From positions 1 through 37,806 of the IMG/VR virus record IMGVR_UViG_3300017700_000495: a stretch of 37,806 bases of DNA. One strand, given 5' to 3'. Shown piece by piece: positions 1-7,684 of the stretch (within the stretch, counting starts at the first letter, position 1; each line of letters starts with the position of its first letter). A program made the position numbers and the translations under genes. Below the pieces are notes generated by a model that saw only the letters and a list, made by a program, of their open reading frames with translations, searched no databases and was not told the DNA's origin. The DNA is from a virus (taxonomy: Duplodnaviria; Caudoviricetes).

Positions 1-123
1 ACCCGCTATGACCTGGCTGCACTACGCCGGCCTCTATCTGGTGCTGCACCTCCCCGTGCTGTTTATCCTCTACTGGGCATGGATCAAACACGAGCGCGGC
101 GGCTGGTGGAAGCTCTGCCACGT
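1..123. repeat. Terminal direct repeat, left copy (circular assembly overlap)
   Basis: Bases 1-123 are identical to 37684-37806, and the repeat cuts through a gene. Confidence 0.97.
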
Positions 124-331
124 CTTCGGCGCCATCGGATTTTTGCCCGATGTTCTGGCGAACTACACAACACTTGCCTTTGTCTTTCAGCGCTGGCCCG
201 GCCGCGCCTTCACATTCAGCAAGCACCTGAAACCGCTGTCCACGCTCGACGGATGGCGGGGGCGTCTGGCAAACATGGTTGCTGACGTTCTTGACCGTAT
301 AGCCCCTAGTGGAAACCACATTCACCGATAA
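8..331 (+). CDS. Hypothetical membrane protein upstream of the lysis genes
   Basis: 107 aa with a hydrophobic N-terminus. Across the circular junction its ATG overlaps the stop of 37296..37694 (ATGA). Confidence 0.75.
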   Translation: MTWLHYAGLYLVLHLPVLFILYWAWIKHERGGWWKLCHVFGAIGFLPDVLANYTTLAFVFQRWPGRAFTFSKHLKPLSTLDGWRGRLANMVADVLDRIAPSGNHIHR

Positions 332-341
332 GGACCGGCAA

Positions 342-590
342 ATGATCGACATGGCAACACTTACACCTATCGCAATCGGCATTCTGAGCATGGTCTGCAC
401 CGCCTTGGGGTGGTTTGCAAGCCAGATCTGGACTGGACTGAAAGAAAGCCGCACAGAGCTTGCGGCGCATAAGTTGTCAGTCGCCGAAAACTACGTGAGG
501 CACGACAGGCTGCAGGAAATCATGCGGCCGGTTACGTCGTCACTCGCTGACATTCAAATCATGCTGGCAAAGAAAGCAGATCGACCATGA
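342..590 (+). CDS. Small single-TM protein of the lysis cassette (holin/antiholin-like)
   Basis: AAGGA before ATG 342. One TM segment (IAIGILSMVCTALGWFA) then a helical tail. Stop overlaps the endolysin start. Confidence 0.65.
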   Translation: MIDMATLTPIAIGILSMVCTALGWFASQIWTGLKESRTELAAHKLSVAENYVRHDRLQEIMRPVTSSLADIQIMLAKKADRP

Positions 591-1096
591 AAACTTCCAG
601 CAATGGCGCGCAGGTATTGCATTACTTCGAGCAATGCCGACTAGAAGCCTATCCAGACCCCGGCAGCGCCGATGGGCACCCTTGGACTATCGGCTGGGGC
701 GACACTGGTCCGGACGTAAAGCCCGGGTTGGTGATCACCCAGGATGAAGCCGACGCAAGGTTTGCGCGCAGGCTGGAGCGAGAATTTGAGCCCGGTGTTA
801 TGTCGTTGGTAAAGGTGCCGCTGACACAAGGCCAGTTTGATGCGCTAGTCAGCTTTGCCTACAACGTGGGGCTTGATATCGACACCGACACGCTGGCCGA
901 AGGTCTGGGGGATAGCACGCTATTGCGCAAGGTCAACGCGGGCGACTTTGCCGGGGCCGCTGAGGAATTCCCAAAGTGGAACAAAAACGACGGGAAAGTG
1001 ATGCTCGGGCTACGCCGCCGTCGAGCTGCTGAGCGCGCCCTTTTCATCGGCATGAACGGCGACCAGGCTATTGCGGTAGCAAAGGCCATCAACTAA
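587..1096 (+). CDS. Endolysin, GH24 phage lysozyme
   Basis: Motifs FEQCRLEAYPD..WTIGWGDT, QGQFDALVSFAYNVG, STLLRKVN and GLRRRRAAE. Confidence 0.95.
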   Translation: MKTSSNGAQVLHYFEQCRLEAYPDPGSADGHPWTIGWGDTGPDVKPGLVITQDEADARFARRLEREFEPGVMSLVKVPLTQGQFDALVSFAYNVGLDIDTDTLAEGLGDSTLLRKVNAGDFAGAAEEFPKWNKNDGKVMLGLRRRRAAERALFIGMNGDQAIAVAKAIN

Positions 1097-1104
1097 GGAT
1101 CATC

Positions 1105-1629
1105 ATGGACTGGAAAAACATCGTTGCCACCGTCGCGCCATGGATCGGTACAGCCATCGGCGGGCCTTTTGGTGGTATGGCCGTCGAAGCCGCCGCGAAC
1201 GCCTTGGGCCTGTCGGACAAGACCGTTGACGCCGTGAAAGGCGCGATCATGGGCGCGAGCCCCGAAACCCTACTGGCGCTCAAGGAGGCCGACCAGAACT
1301 TTGCCCTGCAGATGCAGGCGCTGGGTTTCCAGAACGTCAAGGACTTGGAAGCAATCGCGGCAGGGGACAGGGACAGCGCCCGGAAGATGCAGATGGAGAA
1401 CAAGTCCATCATGCCAGCAATCATCACGTCCGGCATTTTGTCGTCCTTTATCGGCATGGGGCTTGCGCTGTTTTTCATCCCGATTCCGGACCCGAACCGC
1501 GACCAGATCATTTTCATGCTCGGGCAGCTCAGCGGCTTTACCGGCAGCGCGATTGCCTTCTGGCTGGGCACCACGCGGCAGAGTGAAGATAAAACCCGAC
1601 TGCTGGCTCAGGCGCCCCCGCTCAAATGA
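1105..1629 (+). CDS. Putative holin (3-TM, GTA-holin-like)
   Basis: Directly follows the endolysin. VAPWIGTAIGGP N-terminus, DRDSARKMQ, two C-terminal TM helices ending AFWLGT. Confidence 0.7.
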   Translation: MDWKNIVATVAPWIGTAIGGPFGGMAVEAAANALGLSDKTVDAVKGAIMGASPETLLALKEADQNFALQMQALGFQNVKDLEAIAAGDRDSARKMQMENKSIMPAIITSGILSSFIGMGLALFFIPIPDPNRDQIIFMLGQLSGFTGSAIAFWLGTTRQSEDKTRLLAQAPPLK

Positions 1630-1703
1630 TCACCGGCTATGCTCTGTGCCTGATCATCGGGTTTATCGGCGGCGTTTGTCTCGGTGTTGCGCTGTCCGAC
1701 TAG
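1626..1703 (+). CDS. 25-aa hydrophobic peptide MITGYALCLIIGFIGGVCLGVALSD
   Basis: Read manually. ATG overlaps the holin stop (ATGA) and the peptide is one TM-length segment. Confidence 0.5.
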   Translation: MITGYALCLIIGFIGGVCLGVALSD

Positions 1704-1801
1704 TTCTTTTTGCGCCCCACCCACCACCAATAGGCCAGAGCGCCACCGGCAATAAACGCCAAACCCATCAGCGCACCAAGTGCGATCAGTCCCAGCTCCA
1801 T
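1700..1801 (-). CDS. 33-aa membrane peptide MELGLIALGALMGLAFIAGGALAYWWWVGRKKN
   Basis: Strong SD AAGGAG upstream of ATG 1801. TM helix with a Trp/basic C-terminus. Confidence 0.75.
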   Translation of the reverse strand: MELGLIALGALMGLAFIAGGALAYWWWVGRKKN

Positions 1802-1992
1802 AACTTTTCTCCTTGTTATGGCCGAAAGATAGCACCGCCAGCAAAACGGATATGTGATTAATCCACCGATTGCGCGTGAGTTCTGAAGGGTGTATTCGCG
1901 TGCGCGTGTGAAATATTCACATCGGTTGTAAGTATTACGCCTGCTTTTCATCGCCCGATGGTCGGCCTAAACTCCGCACCAAAAGGGGACTC

Positions 1993-2094
1993 ATGAAGAA
2001 AAAGGGCGAATTCTGGTTCTGGACAATGGCCAGCCTGGCGACTGCTTTTGGCGTGGCCGTCGTCTGGTGGGTGTGGTTCGGCTTCGGCAAATGA
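1993..2094 (+). CDS. 33-aa membrane peptide MKKKGEFWFWTMASLATAFGVAVVWWVWFGFGK
   Basis: Read manually. AAGGGGA SD, basic N-terminus and a Trp-rich TM segment. Confidence 0.7.
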   Translation: MKKKGEFWFWTMASLATAFGVAVVWWVWFGFGK

Positions 2095-2110
2095 GCGCCG
2101 CAGGGGACGC

Positions 2111-2203
2111 ATGGACAAGGGCTGGATCGTTGCTGCGATAGTGCTGCTGGTGGGGGTTGCCTCGGCGCTGGTGCTGCGGGGATGCGGCGCAGTGATTATT
2201 TAA
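2111..2203 (+). CDS. 30-aa membrane peptide MDKGWIVAAIVLLVGVASALVLRGCGAVII
   Basis: Read manually. AGGGGA SD in the same context as the preceding gene (AGGGGACnCATG). Single TM segment. Confidence 0.65.
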   Translation: MDKGWIVAAIVLLVGVASALVLRGCGAVII

Positions 2204-2424
2204 TCCCGTCTTTATCGGTGTGCACAGTAACCCTCAGCTCCGGGTGCCCCTCGATTGAATAGTGCGGCTGCTGGTCAAGCGCGCCAAACTGCCGCAAACC
2301 CCAGAATAAGCCGCTGGGGAATTTCTGCCCAAATCCATGAAAACCACCCACTTCCTGCGCTGTATGCGCGACCAGTAACGCCCTATCCATGCGGGTTTGC
2401 AGGCATCGCATACAATGCATGTAA

Positions 2425-2470
2425 GATTGCAAATCCGGCTAGCCCGGTTCGACTCCGGGCCGCGCCTCCA
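2425..2470 (+). other. attP: attP core: 3' part of tRNA-Cys(GCA)
   Basis: GATTGCAAATCCGGCTAGCCCGGTTCGACTCCGGGCCGCGCCTCCA gives a GCA anticodon loop, a T-arm GGTTCGA and an acceptor 3' strand with CCA. The 5' half is absent. Lies 58 bp from the integrase stop. Confidence 0.92.
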
Positions 2471-2528
2471 TATCTCATAAGCCTGTGCAGCTATATATTT
2501 TATAGCAGTCGAAAACTACGTGGTTATT

Positions 2529-3509
2529 TTATGCCCGTTTTTTTCCGATGAAGCCCAGAGCCTTCACTTTCACCTGTTCCGCGAAGTGCGCATACCGCAT
2601 AGCGCTCTGTGCGCTTTTGTGATTCAGCACCGCCTGAACGTCCTTCAAATCTCCCCCGCCCTGCAAAATCGCCGTGGCCGTGCCGTGGCGCAGTTTGTGA
2701 ATCGTCAGCGTGTTCATGTTTAGTGCTTTGCGGGCCTTGGCGAAGTGATACCCGGCGACAAAATAAGTCGGCGGCGCTACCTGGAAAGCCGTCCGCGCCT
2801 TGGGGTGGATGGGCTGCCAGTCGGGTAGGGCGTTCTTTGTGTCGGGGATGTAGTACGCCGTACCGTCTGCGTTGACGATTGCCTGTGACGCCTCTGTAAA
2901 TCGCTTCCCGCTGTAGAACAGGCGGCGCAACATGGCGCGCACGCCCCGGTGCTGGATGTGCAGTGCCAGCTTAATCATCTGCTCGCGGGTGGCATAAACG
3001 TGGCTGGTGTTGCTCACTTCCGGCACGCTCATGCGCTCTGTTGGCTTTGATTCCCCGCCGAAATTGTGGTGCTTCCATGCGTAGTTCACGGCGGCGCGTA
3101 GATAGCTGATCCGATTCTTGATCGTGGCAGGCGCGGCCATCGTGCCATCGCGCTTGATGCTGCGCACTTGGATGGCCTTTGAAACATCAGCCAAGGCCGA
3201 CAGCGGGCGACCGGAATAAAACGGCTCCATGTCCTTCAATTCAAGCGCGTAGTCTCGCCCGTGTTTCAGCTTGGGGACGCGGTGCATGAGGTATAGCGCA
3301 ACAGCGTTTTCAATCAGCTCTGTGGACTTGTCACCAACGCCAGCGGCTTGCGCGTAGAGTTCGGCTGACATTTTCCGGTCGTAGGCGTCTGCCTGCCCCT
3401 GATTCCAAGCGCGAGGAAGGCGCTTTGTAACGCGGATTCTTTGCGAATTGATGCGCTTGTCAAAGTCAAAGACGAACGAACCGCTTGCTTTATCTCTGTG
3501 GATCGACAT
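2529..3509 (-). CDS. int: Tyrosine integrase
   Basis: Catalytic motifs YSGKRFTE, TKN, HKLRH, LNHKS and MRYAH. Adjacent to attP. Confidence 0.95.
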   Translation of the reverse strand: MSIHRDKASGSFVFDFDKRINSQRIRVTKRLPRAWNQGQADAYDRKMSAELYAQAAGVGDKSTELIENAVALYLMHRVPKLKHGRDYALELKDMEPFYSGRPLSALADVSKAIQVRSIKRDGTMAAPATIKNRISYLRAAVNYAWKHHNFGGESKPTERMSVPEVSNTSHVYATREQMIKLALHIQHRGVRAMLRRLFYSGKRFTEASQAIVNADGTAYYIPDTKNALPDWQPIHPKARTAFQVAPPTYFVAGYHFAKARKALNMNTLTIHKLRHGTATAILQGGGDLKDVQAVLNHKSAQSAMRYAHFAEQVKVKALGFIGKKRA

Positions 3510-3655
3510 GTTTCTTTGAACTCCAGAACGTCCGAATGGTCAAAAATGATACGCCTTCCGATGCGGGTACACGGAATTGGCCCGTTCGGCGCAGCCAGGC
3601 CGTACACCGTCCCCTTTGACACGCCGAGAAAACTTGCGGCTTCCTTGACGTTCAC
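3314..3655 (-). CDS. xis: Excisionase-like HTH protein
   Basis: MNVKEAASFLGVSKGTVYGL..IPCTRIGRRIIF is a Xis/HTH_17 pattern. AGGAGG 9 nt before GTG. Overlaps the int 5' end by 196 nt. Confidence 0.8.
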   Translation of the reverse strand: MNVKEAASFLGVSKGTVYGLAAPNGPIPCTRIGRRIIFDHSDVLEFKETCRSTEIKQAVRSSLTLTSASIRKESALQSAFLALGIRGRQTPTTGKCQPNSTRKPLALVTSPQS

Positions 3656-3661
3656 AGCCTA

Positions 3662-3800
3662 GTCCCTCCTTGGTCTTGCCCTTGACTGCTCCGCTCGCTT
3701 GACGCCGAGGTTTTACACCCGGCGCTCATGCTGCGGCTCCTGCTTCCAGGCTCGCCAGTCCGCGAGCGCGAATGTTCAGAGCTGCGTTTACGTCACGGTC
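3662..3800 (-). ncRNA. Putative TnpB omegaRNA: 3' scaffold plus about 20-nt guide (5' boundary approximate)
   Basis: Minus strand: GGAGCCGC..TGAGCGCCGGGT-GTAAA-ACCTCGGCGTCA..GCGGAGCAGTCAA is a nested hairpin ending in an IS200/IS605-type right end (GAGCAGTCAA, 3682-3691). It is followed by GGGCAAGACCAAGGAGGGAC. Confidence 0.65.
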
Positions 3801-4787
3801 ATGAACCGCTCCGCACTCGCACTCCCACATTCGCTTATTCAAACCCGCAAGACCTTTCGGCCCGGCGATCACGCCGCATACGTTGCAGGTTTGGGTTGTG
3901 TAGGCCTCATTGACTACAGAGAAAACGATGCCGGCCTGATGGCTCTTGTATTCCAACATCGTCTTGAGGGCTGACCAGCCGGCGTCATGCACGGACTTGG
4001 CCATCGTGGTTTTGATCAGCTTGGCGCCGGAAACGTCACCCACGAAGATCGCGGCGTTTTCCTTGACCAACTGGGTGCTGAACTTGTGCAGCAGGTCTTT
4101 GCGCTGGTTTTTGACCTTGGCGTGCATGGTCCTGACCTGGCGTTTCTTCCCGGCGCGCTGAGCCGTCGCCAGTCTTTTCTCGGCAGCCCGGAATAGCCGC
4201 CCATCGATTTTCTGGCCAGTGGAGGCTGTCGCCGTCGTTTTCAGGCCAAGATCCAAGCCGACCGCCGCTCGCCCCAGAGATGGCTTAACGTCAACGCGCA
4301 CGGCCACATTGAGATACCAGCGGCCCCTTGCGTCTTGGGAAAATGATCCGGCGCGCATCTCGTAGTCAGCCAATCCATAGCTGTCCCAGAGGCTGATTTT
4401 GTGACCAGCGATAACAATCTGGCCCGCCTTGTAGCGAATCTGCTGGCCAGCGAACGGCACCCAGCCCAGCGAGCGTTTGGGCGATTTCTGATTGGAAACC
4501 CGCCAATTTAGCCGACTGCGCTTGAATTGACGCCGCCGCGTGGCGTACTCACTGCACACAGCGTCAACCGTTCCAGCCCCGACCAGCACGTCATCACACT
4601 TGCAGTAGCCGGCCGTGTACTTTTGCAGGTCGTAGCCGCTCATGAATTGCCGGCGTTCACGGATGGCGCGATGACTCAACTCGTTGACGTAATTCCAGAC
4701 CGTATTCACTTCTCTGGCCATCTGGCCCAGGATTGCCGCGTGCTTGTCTTTGATGCGCAACTTCAGGGTTTTCAGGTCTTCACCCAT
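3726..4787 (-). CDS. tnpB: TnpB RNA-guided endonuclease, rearranged RuvC-II type, no TnpA
   Basis: 353 aa from ATG 4787 (GGAGG SD). KTLKLRI N-terminus, RuvC-I GLDLG, FVGDV at the canonical RuvC-II position, VNEAYTTQTC, zinc finger CNVC..CEC, RuvC-III HDRDVNAALNI. Confidence 0.95.
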   Translation of the reverse strand: MGEDLKTLKLRIKDKHAAILGQMAREVNTVWNYVNELSHRAIRERRQFMSGYDLQKYTAGYCKCDDVLVGAGTVDAVCSEYATRRRQFKRSRLNWRVSNQKSPKRSLGWVPFAGQQIRYKAGQIVIAGHKISLWDSYGLADYEMRAGSFSQDARGRWYLNVAVRVDVKPSLGRAAVGLDLGLKTTATASTGQKIDGRLFRAAEKRLATAQRAGKKRQVRTMHAKVKNQRKDLLHKFSTQLVKENAAIFVGDVSGAKLIKTTMAKSVHDAGWSALKTMLEYKSHQAGIVFSVVNEAYTTQTCNVCGVIAGPKGLAGLNKRMWECECGAVHDRDVNAALNIRARGLASLEAGAAA

Positions 4788-5205
4788 GGCCGGCCTCCGC
4801 AGTGGCAGGGGCAGCGGCGAGCATGTCTTTGTAAACAGCCAACAATTCGACCGGCCCAAGCACCGCACTCTCTCCAAAACCATCCCATGCCAAATAGGCA
4901 GCCGCAGCCATCGGATACGTCAATACTTTTGGCACCAGTTGCCAGCCATCAGGCACGGGGCAAGTAGCACCCTCGGCCAAATGGCCCTGAATCTTCTCCT
5001 GCTGGGCTGCTATTGCTGCTAGGGCGTATTCCTCCATCGCCACTCGGATGACACTGGCGAACATATCGTGGTCAAGGCGTGAAAATCCGTCCTCAAACGT
5101 CACCGTGCAGTCGGCAATAATCTTGCCTATTTCCTCGGCGTCAATGTCGTTATCGGGCAAATCCGGCAACCGTGCCGCATCTACGCTGTTGGGGGTTGTG
5201 GTCAT
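4780..5205 (-). CDS. Hypothetical phage protein
   Basis: AAAGGA SD before ATG 5205. C-terminal VPDGWQLVPK..YKDMLAAAP motif common in lambdoid early-left genes. Stop overlaps the tnpB start. Confidence 0.75.
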   Translation of the reverse strand: MTTTPNSVDAARLPDLPDNDIDAEEIGKIIADCTVTFEDGFSRLDHDMFASVIRVAMEEYALAAIAAQQEKIQGHLAEGATCPVPDGWQLVPKVLTYPMAAAAYLAWDGFGESAVLGPVELLAVYKDMLAAAPATAEAGHG

Positions 5206-5215
5206 GTCAGTCCTT

Positions 5216-5626
5216 TCAATCGCTGCTGTCAACGTCATGGAATTTCCCGCATTTGGTGCAGGTATATCGGGTGTTGCAATTGCCAATGGTTTTGCTTGCC
5301 CATTCATGCACGCAGGCGGACCAGGTGAAATACTCCGTGCGCTTTGCCGTTGACGGCGAATAGACATTGATGACAGCGAAGCCGCCGTCTATGTGATCGC
5401 CACTACCCACATAAAACAGCATGGCGGTGCCGTGACTTCCGCTGCCCATCTGCACACGCCCGAGCCAGCACTCGGCCTTGAAGCTAAACCAGATCGACCG
5501 ATAAAACCAGTAATCTTGCTCTGTGCTGGGGAGAAGATTGGGCGGCGGCCACGTTGGTTCTTTTCCGCCGAATAGCGCGGTTAGTTCGGCCTTGTCGGCT
5601 GGATTCTTTGTGTATGTAAGGCTCAT
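5216..5626 (-). CDS. Hypothetical protein with C-terminal Cys/His zinc ribbon
   Basis: CVHEW..CTKCG motif; ATGA overlap with the upstream gene. Confidence 0.75.
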   Translation of the reverse strand: MSLTYTKNPADKAELTALFGGKEPTWPPPNLLPSTEQDYWFYRSIWFSFKAECWLGRVQMGSGSHGTAMLFYVGSGDHIDGGFAVINVYSPSTAKRTEYFTWSACVHEWASKTIGNCNTRYTCTKCGKFHDVDSSD

Positions 5627-6189
5627 CCCGCCTCCCCCTTGCCAGCCGTACCAGGGGCTTTCTCGCTGGCGAGGATGGCGGCGTCGATGTACCGTTTGGC
5701 TTCTTCGTAGTTGCTCGCATGGATCACACGGTCAAACTTCGTCGTTGTGGCCTCTGGAAACAATTCCTCAGCGGTAGCCGCCACTACGGTGTCGGTCCAT
5801 TCAAGGTGAATCACCCGCTTGCGCCAGCCAATTTTGAATCGCCCGATTTTTGTGGTGACAATAAGCCACGGCTTGAGCCGGTTGTAGTACCTGCTCGAAT
5901 ATTCATTGGGGATTTCTTCGACATAGATGCGCTCGGGGAAACAAGCAAGTAGGGCTTCCTTGTCGCATAGCGCTGCCTCGACGTGAGCGGGGTCTTGGGC
6001 ACAAATCTCGGCCTGCACTTCTTCCGTGATGGCATCGGCAGCTTTGTAGGCTGCATGCCAGATGCCGTGGGACCTCAGGTCGGGCATCGGCCTGCCGTGA
6101 ACGGCCACGAGAATTTGAAGGCCGAAACCGTGAGCGCCGTAGCTTTCAGATTGGTACAGCGGGACGTAGTTCATGGTCGTTTCCATCAC
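5623..6189 (-). CDS. Hypothetical phage protein
   Basis: 188 aa, overlap-coupled on both sides; PWLIVTTKIGRFKIGWRKRVI motif. Confidence 0.75.
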   Translation of the reverse strand: MMETTMNYVPLYQSESYGAHGFGLQILVAVHGRPMPDLRSHGIWHAAYKAADAITEEVQAEICAQDPAHVEAALCDKEALLACFPERIYVEEIPNEYSSRYYNRLKPWLIVTTKIGRFKIGWRKRVIHLEWTDTVVAATAEELFPEATTTKFDRVIHASNYEEAKRYIDAAILASEKAPGTAGKGEAG

Positions 6190-7157
6190 GCACCGCCTTT
6201 CGCATCAGTTGGCCCCGGCGCGCGCACGTTGCCGCTAGCACCACTGCCCAAATGAACGGAATCCGGTCTCGCATCCTTGGCATCCTGCGCCGTGGTTGGT
6301 TGGGCGGCGCGATGTTCAGTCAGGATTTTCTCAACGGCCTGGATCACGTCTTCAAAAAAGTACGAGCCCATTTCTGGTCGCAGGGCTTTGGCAATCCGCA
6401 TGATGCGCTCCCGCTGGAGCAAGGCTTCTGCCTCCCAGTCGTAAGCCTCGCCCCCTCCCAAAGGAACAGATGCAGCCGGGGTGGCGGTCATCTGCGCTGG
6501 GCGTGGTCCGTACCACTTGGAATCGGCTGTAGGCGGTTTGAAACTTCCGCTCCATCCGTGCCACTCACCGCATTCGCACATCGGCTGACGATCGCTCAGC
6601 GCCCTTGCATCCATGGTGTACCGCTTGCAATAGCCGCACTGGGCCACCGCGCCCGCATCGTGAAAAAGAGTCGCTTTGACCGCCCCCACTGAGCAACCAG
6701 CACCACCGGATGGGGTGGCGATGATGGCCTCTTGCAGTGCAGGCATCCAGCACCCTATGCGGTGTCCGCTATCGCGCTCACGGGGCGAACACGCGCAATC
6801 GACGCGCTGTGCGGCGGCCAACAGCGCAGAGTCCTGCGCCCGACTCGCCACCAAAGCACCCGGCACCCGGCTGGCGGCGAGAACATTTGCGACAAATTGC
6901 CGAAGCTGTGGCAGGGTCATCGCTGTGCGGCGCTCTCCGCCCTGCTCCGTGACAACAAAGCCATCCGGCACCATGTCTGCCAGTTGCTCGTTCGAAAATT
7001 CGACCTCTGCCGCCACCTCCAGCGGGCGGGAAAGCGCCACTCGTAGCGCATTCATCCGCTTCGCAAACACGTCTGGTCGCTTGGCCTCCGTGGTGCTTTC
7101 ATAAAACTCCAAAATTGCTCGGGCTGCGGCCTCTACCGCCTGGCTGGGTTTTGTCAT
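6186..7157 (-). CDS. Hypothetical mosaic early protein with Cys motifs
   Basis: AGGAG SD; 323 aa with CGYC/CECG motifs and Ala-rich linkers. Confidence 0.7.
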   Translation of the reverse strand: MTKPSQAVEAAARAILEFYESTTEAKRPDVFAKRMNALRVALSRPLEVAAEVEFSNEQLADMVPDGFVVTEQGGERRTAMTLPQLRQFVANVLAASRVPGALVASRAQDSALLAAAQRVDCACSPRERDSGHRIGCWMPALQEAIIATPSGGAGCSVGAVKATLFHDAGAVAQCGYCKRYTMDARALSDRQPMCECGEWHGWSGSFKPPTADSKWYGPRPAQMTATPAASVPLGGGEAYDWEAEALLQRERIMRIAKALRPEMGSYFFEDVIQAVEKILTEHRAAQPTTAQDAKDARPDSVHLGSGASGNVRAPGPTDAKGGA

Positions 7158-7162
7158 GTCAT

Positions 7163-7684
7163 CTACTCCTGCGGAGGTTGGGGGGTGAGGGTGCGCACAG
7201 GCTCAAACAACTCGCTGAGCTTGCTGGTGACGTGCCGCATATTGGAAGCGGACACGGAGTCCAGCGTCATCCCAGCCGTCATCAACAGCTTGTGGGCCAT
7301 CGTCAGATCAGGCTCGGGGAACACACTCAACGGATAGGCCTTTGCCCAGTTTGACAACTGCGTGTCAAATTCTTCTGCTGCCTCCCGCAGCCTTCCCATC
7401 TCGTCCGCTTGCGATTGAATGAGGGCGTCTTTAGCCTCGTACTCGGCGGCATTGCTTGCAAGGGTCTGGCGAACAGGTTCGGCGCCGTTCCAGTTGCCAG
7501 GTTCGCCGGTTGCGCCTGTGCAAAGCCGGTAAATCTCGGCAATGGTGTTGTTTGCCGTGCGAGCTTCTTGAGCATGGATTTGCGCTTCTTGCTTCAGGCG
7601 CTCGGCCAAGTCTTTTAGGAGGCTGATCTCGCGGAGGCATTCGCCGTGCGGATCACTGTCTGGTTGTTCGTCAAAATGACTCAT
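7163..7684 (-). CDS. Hypothetical coiled-coil early protein (Ead/Ea22-like position)
   Basis: GGAG SD; 173 aa, heptad-rich; location in the early-left operon. Confidence 0.7.
   Translation of the reverse strand: MSHFDEQPDSDPHGECLREISLLKDLAERLKQEAQIHAQEARTANNTIAEIYRLCTGATGEPGNWNGAEPVRQTLASNAAEYEAKDALIQSQADEMGRLREAAEEFDTQLSNWAKAYPLSVFPEPDLTMAHKLLMTAGMTLDSVSASNMRHVTSKLSELFEPVRTLTPQPPQE

Noticed and set aside
2111-2203. o-spanin lipoprotein (LRGC)
   Set aside because: The lipobox is non-canonical and only five residues follow the Cys.
2425-2470. Intact tRNA-Cys gene
   Set aside because: The 5' acceptor strand and D-arm are missing; it is the attP core.
3726-4787. Nuclease-dead TnpB (TldR-like) or Cas12f with a CRISPR array
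   Set aside because: Both catalytic Asp residues and an alternative Glu are present, and I saw no repeat-spacer array or cas genes. Activity still needs testing.
4788-4883. TnpB N-terminal extension given in the ORF track
   Set aside because: It lies inside the upstream gene; ATG 4787 has a GGAGG SD and gives a typical TnpB N-terminus.
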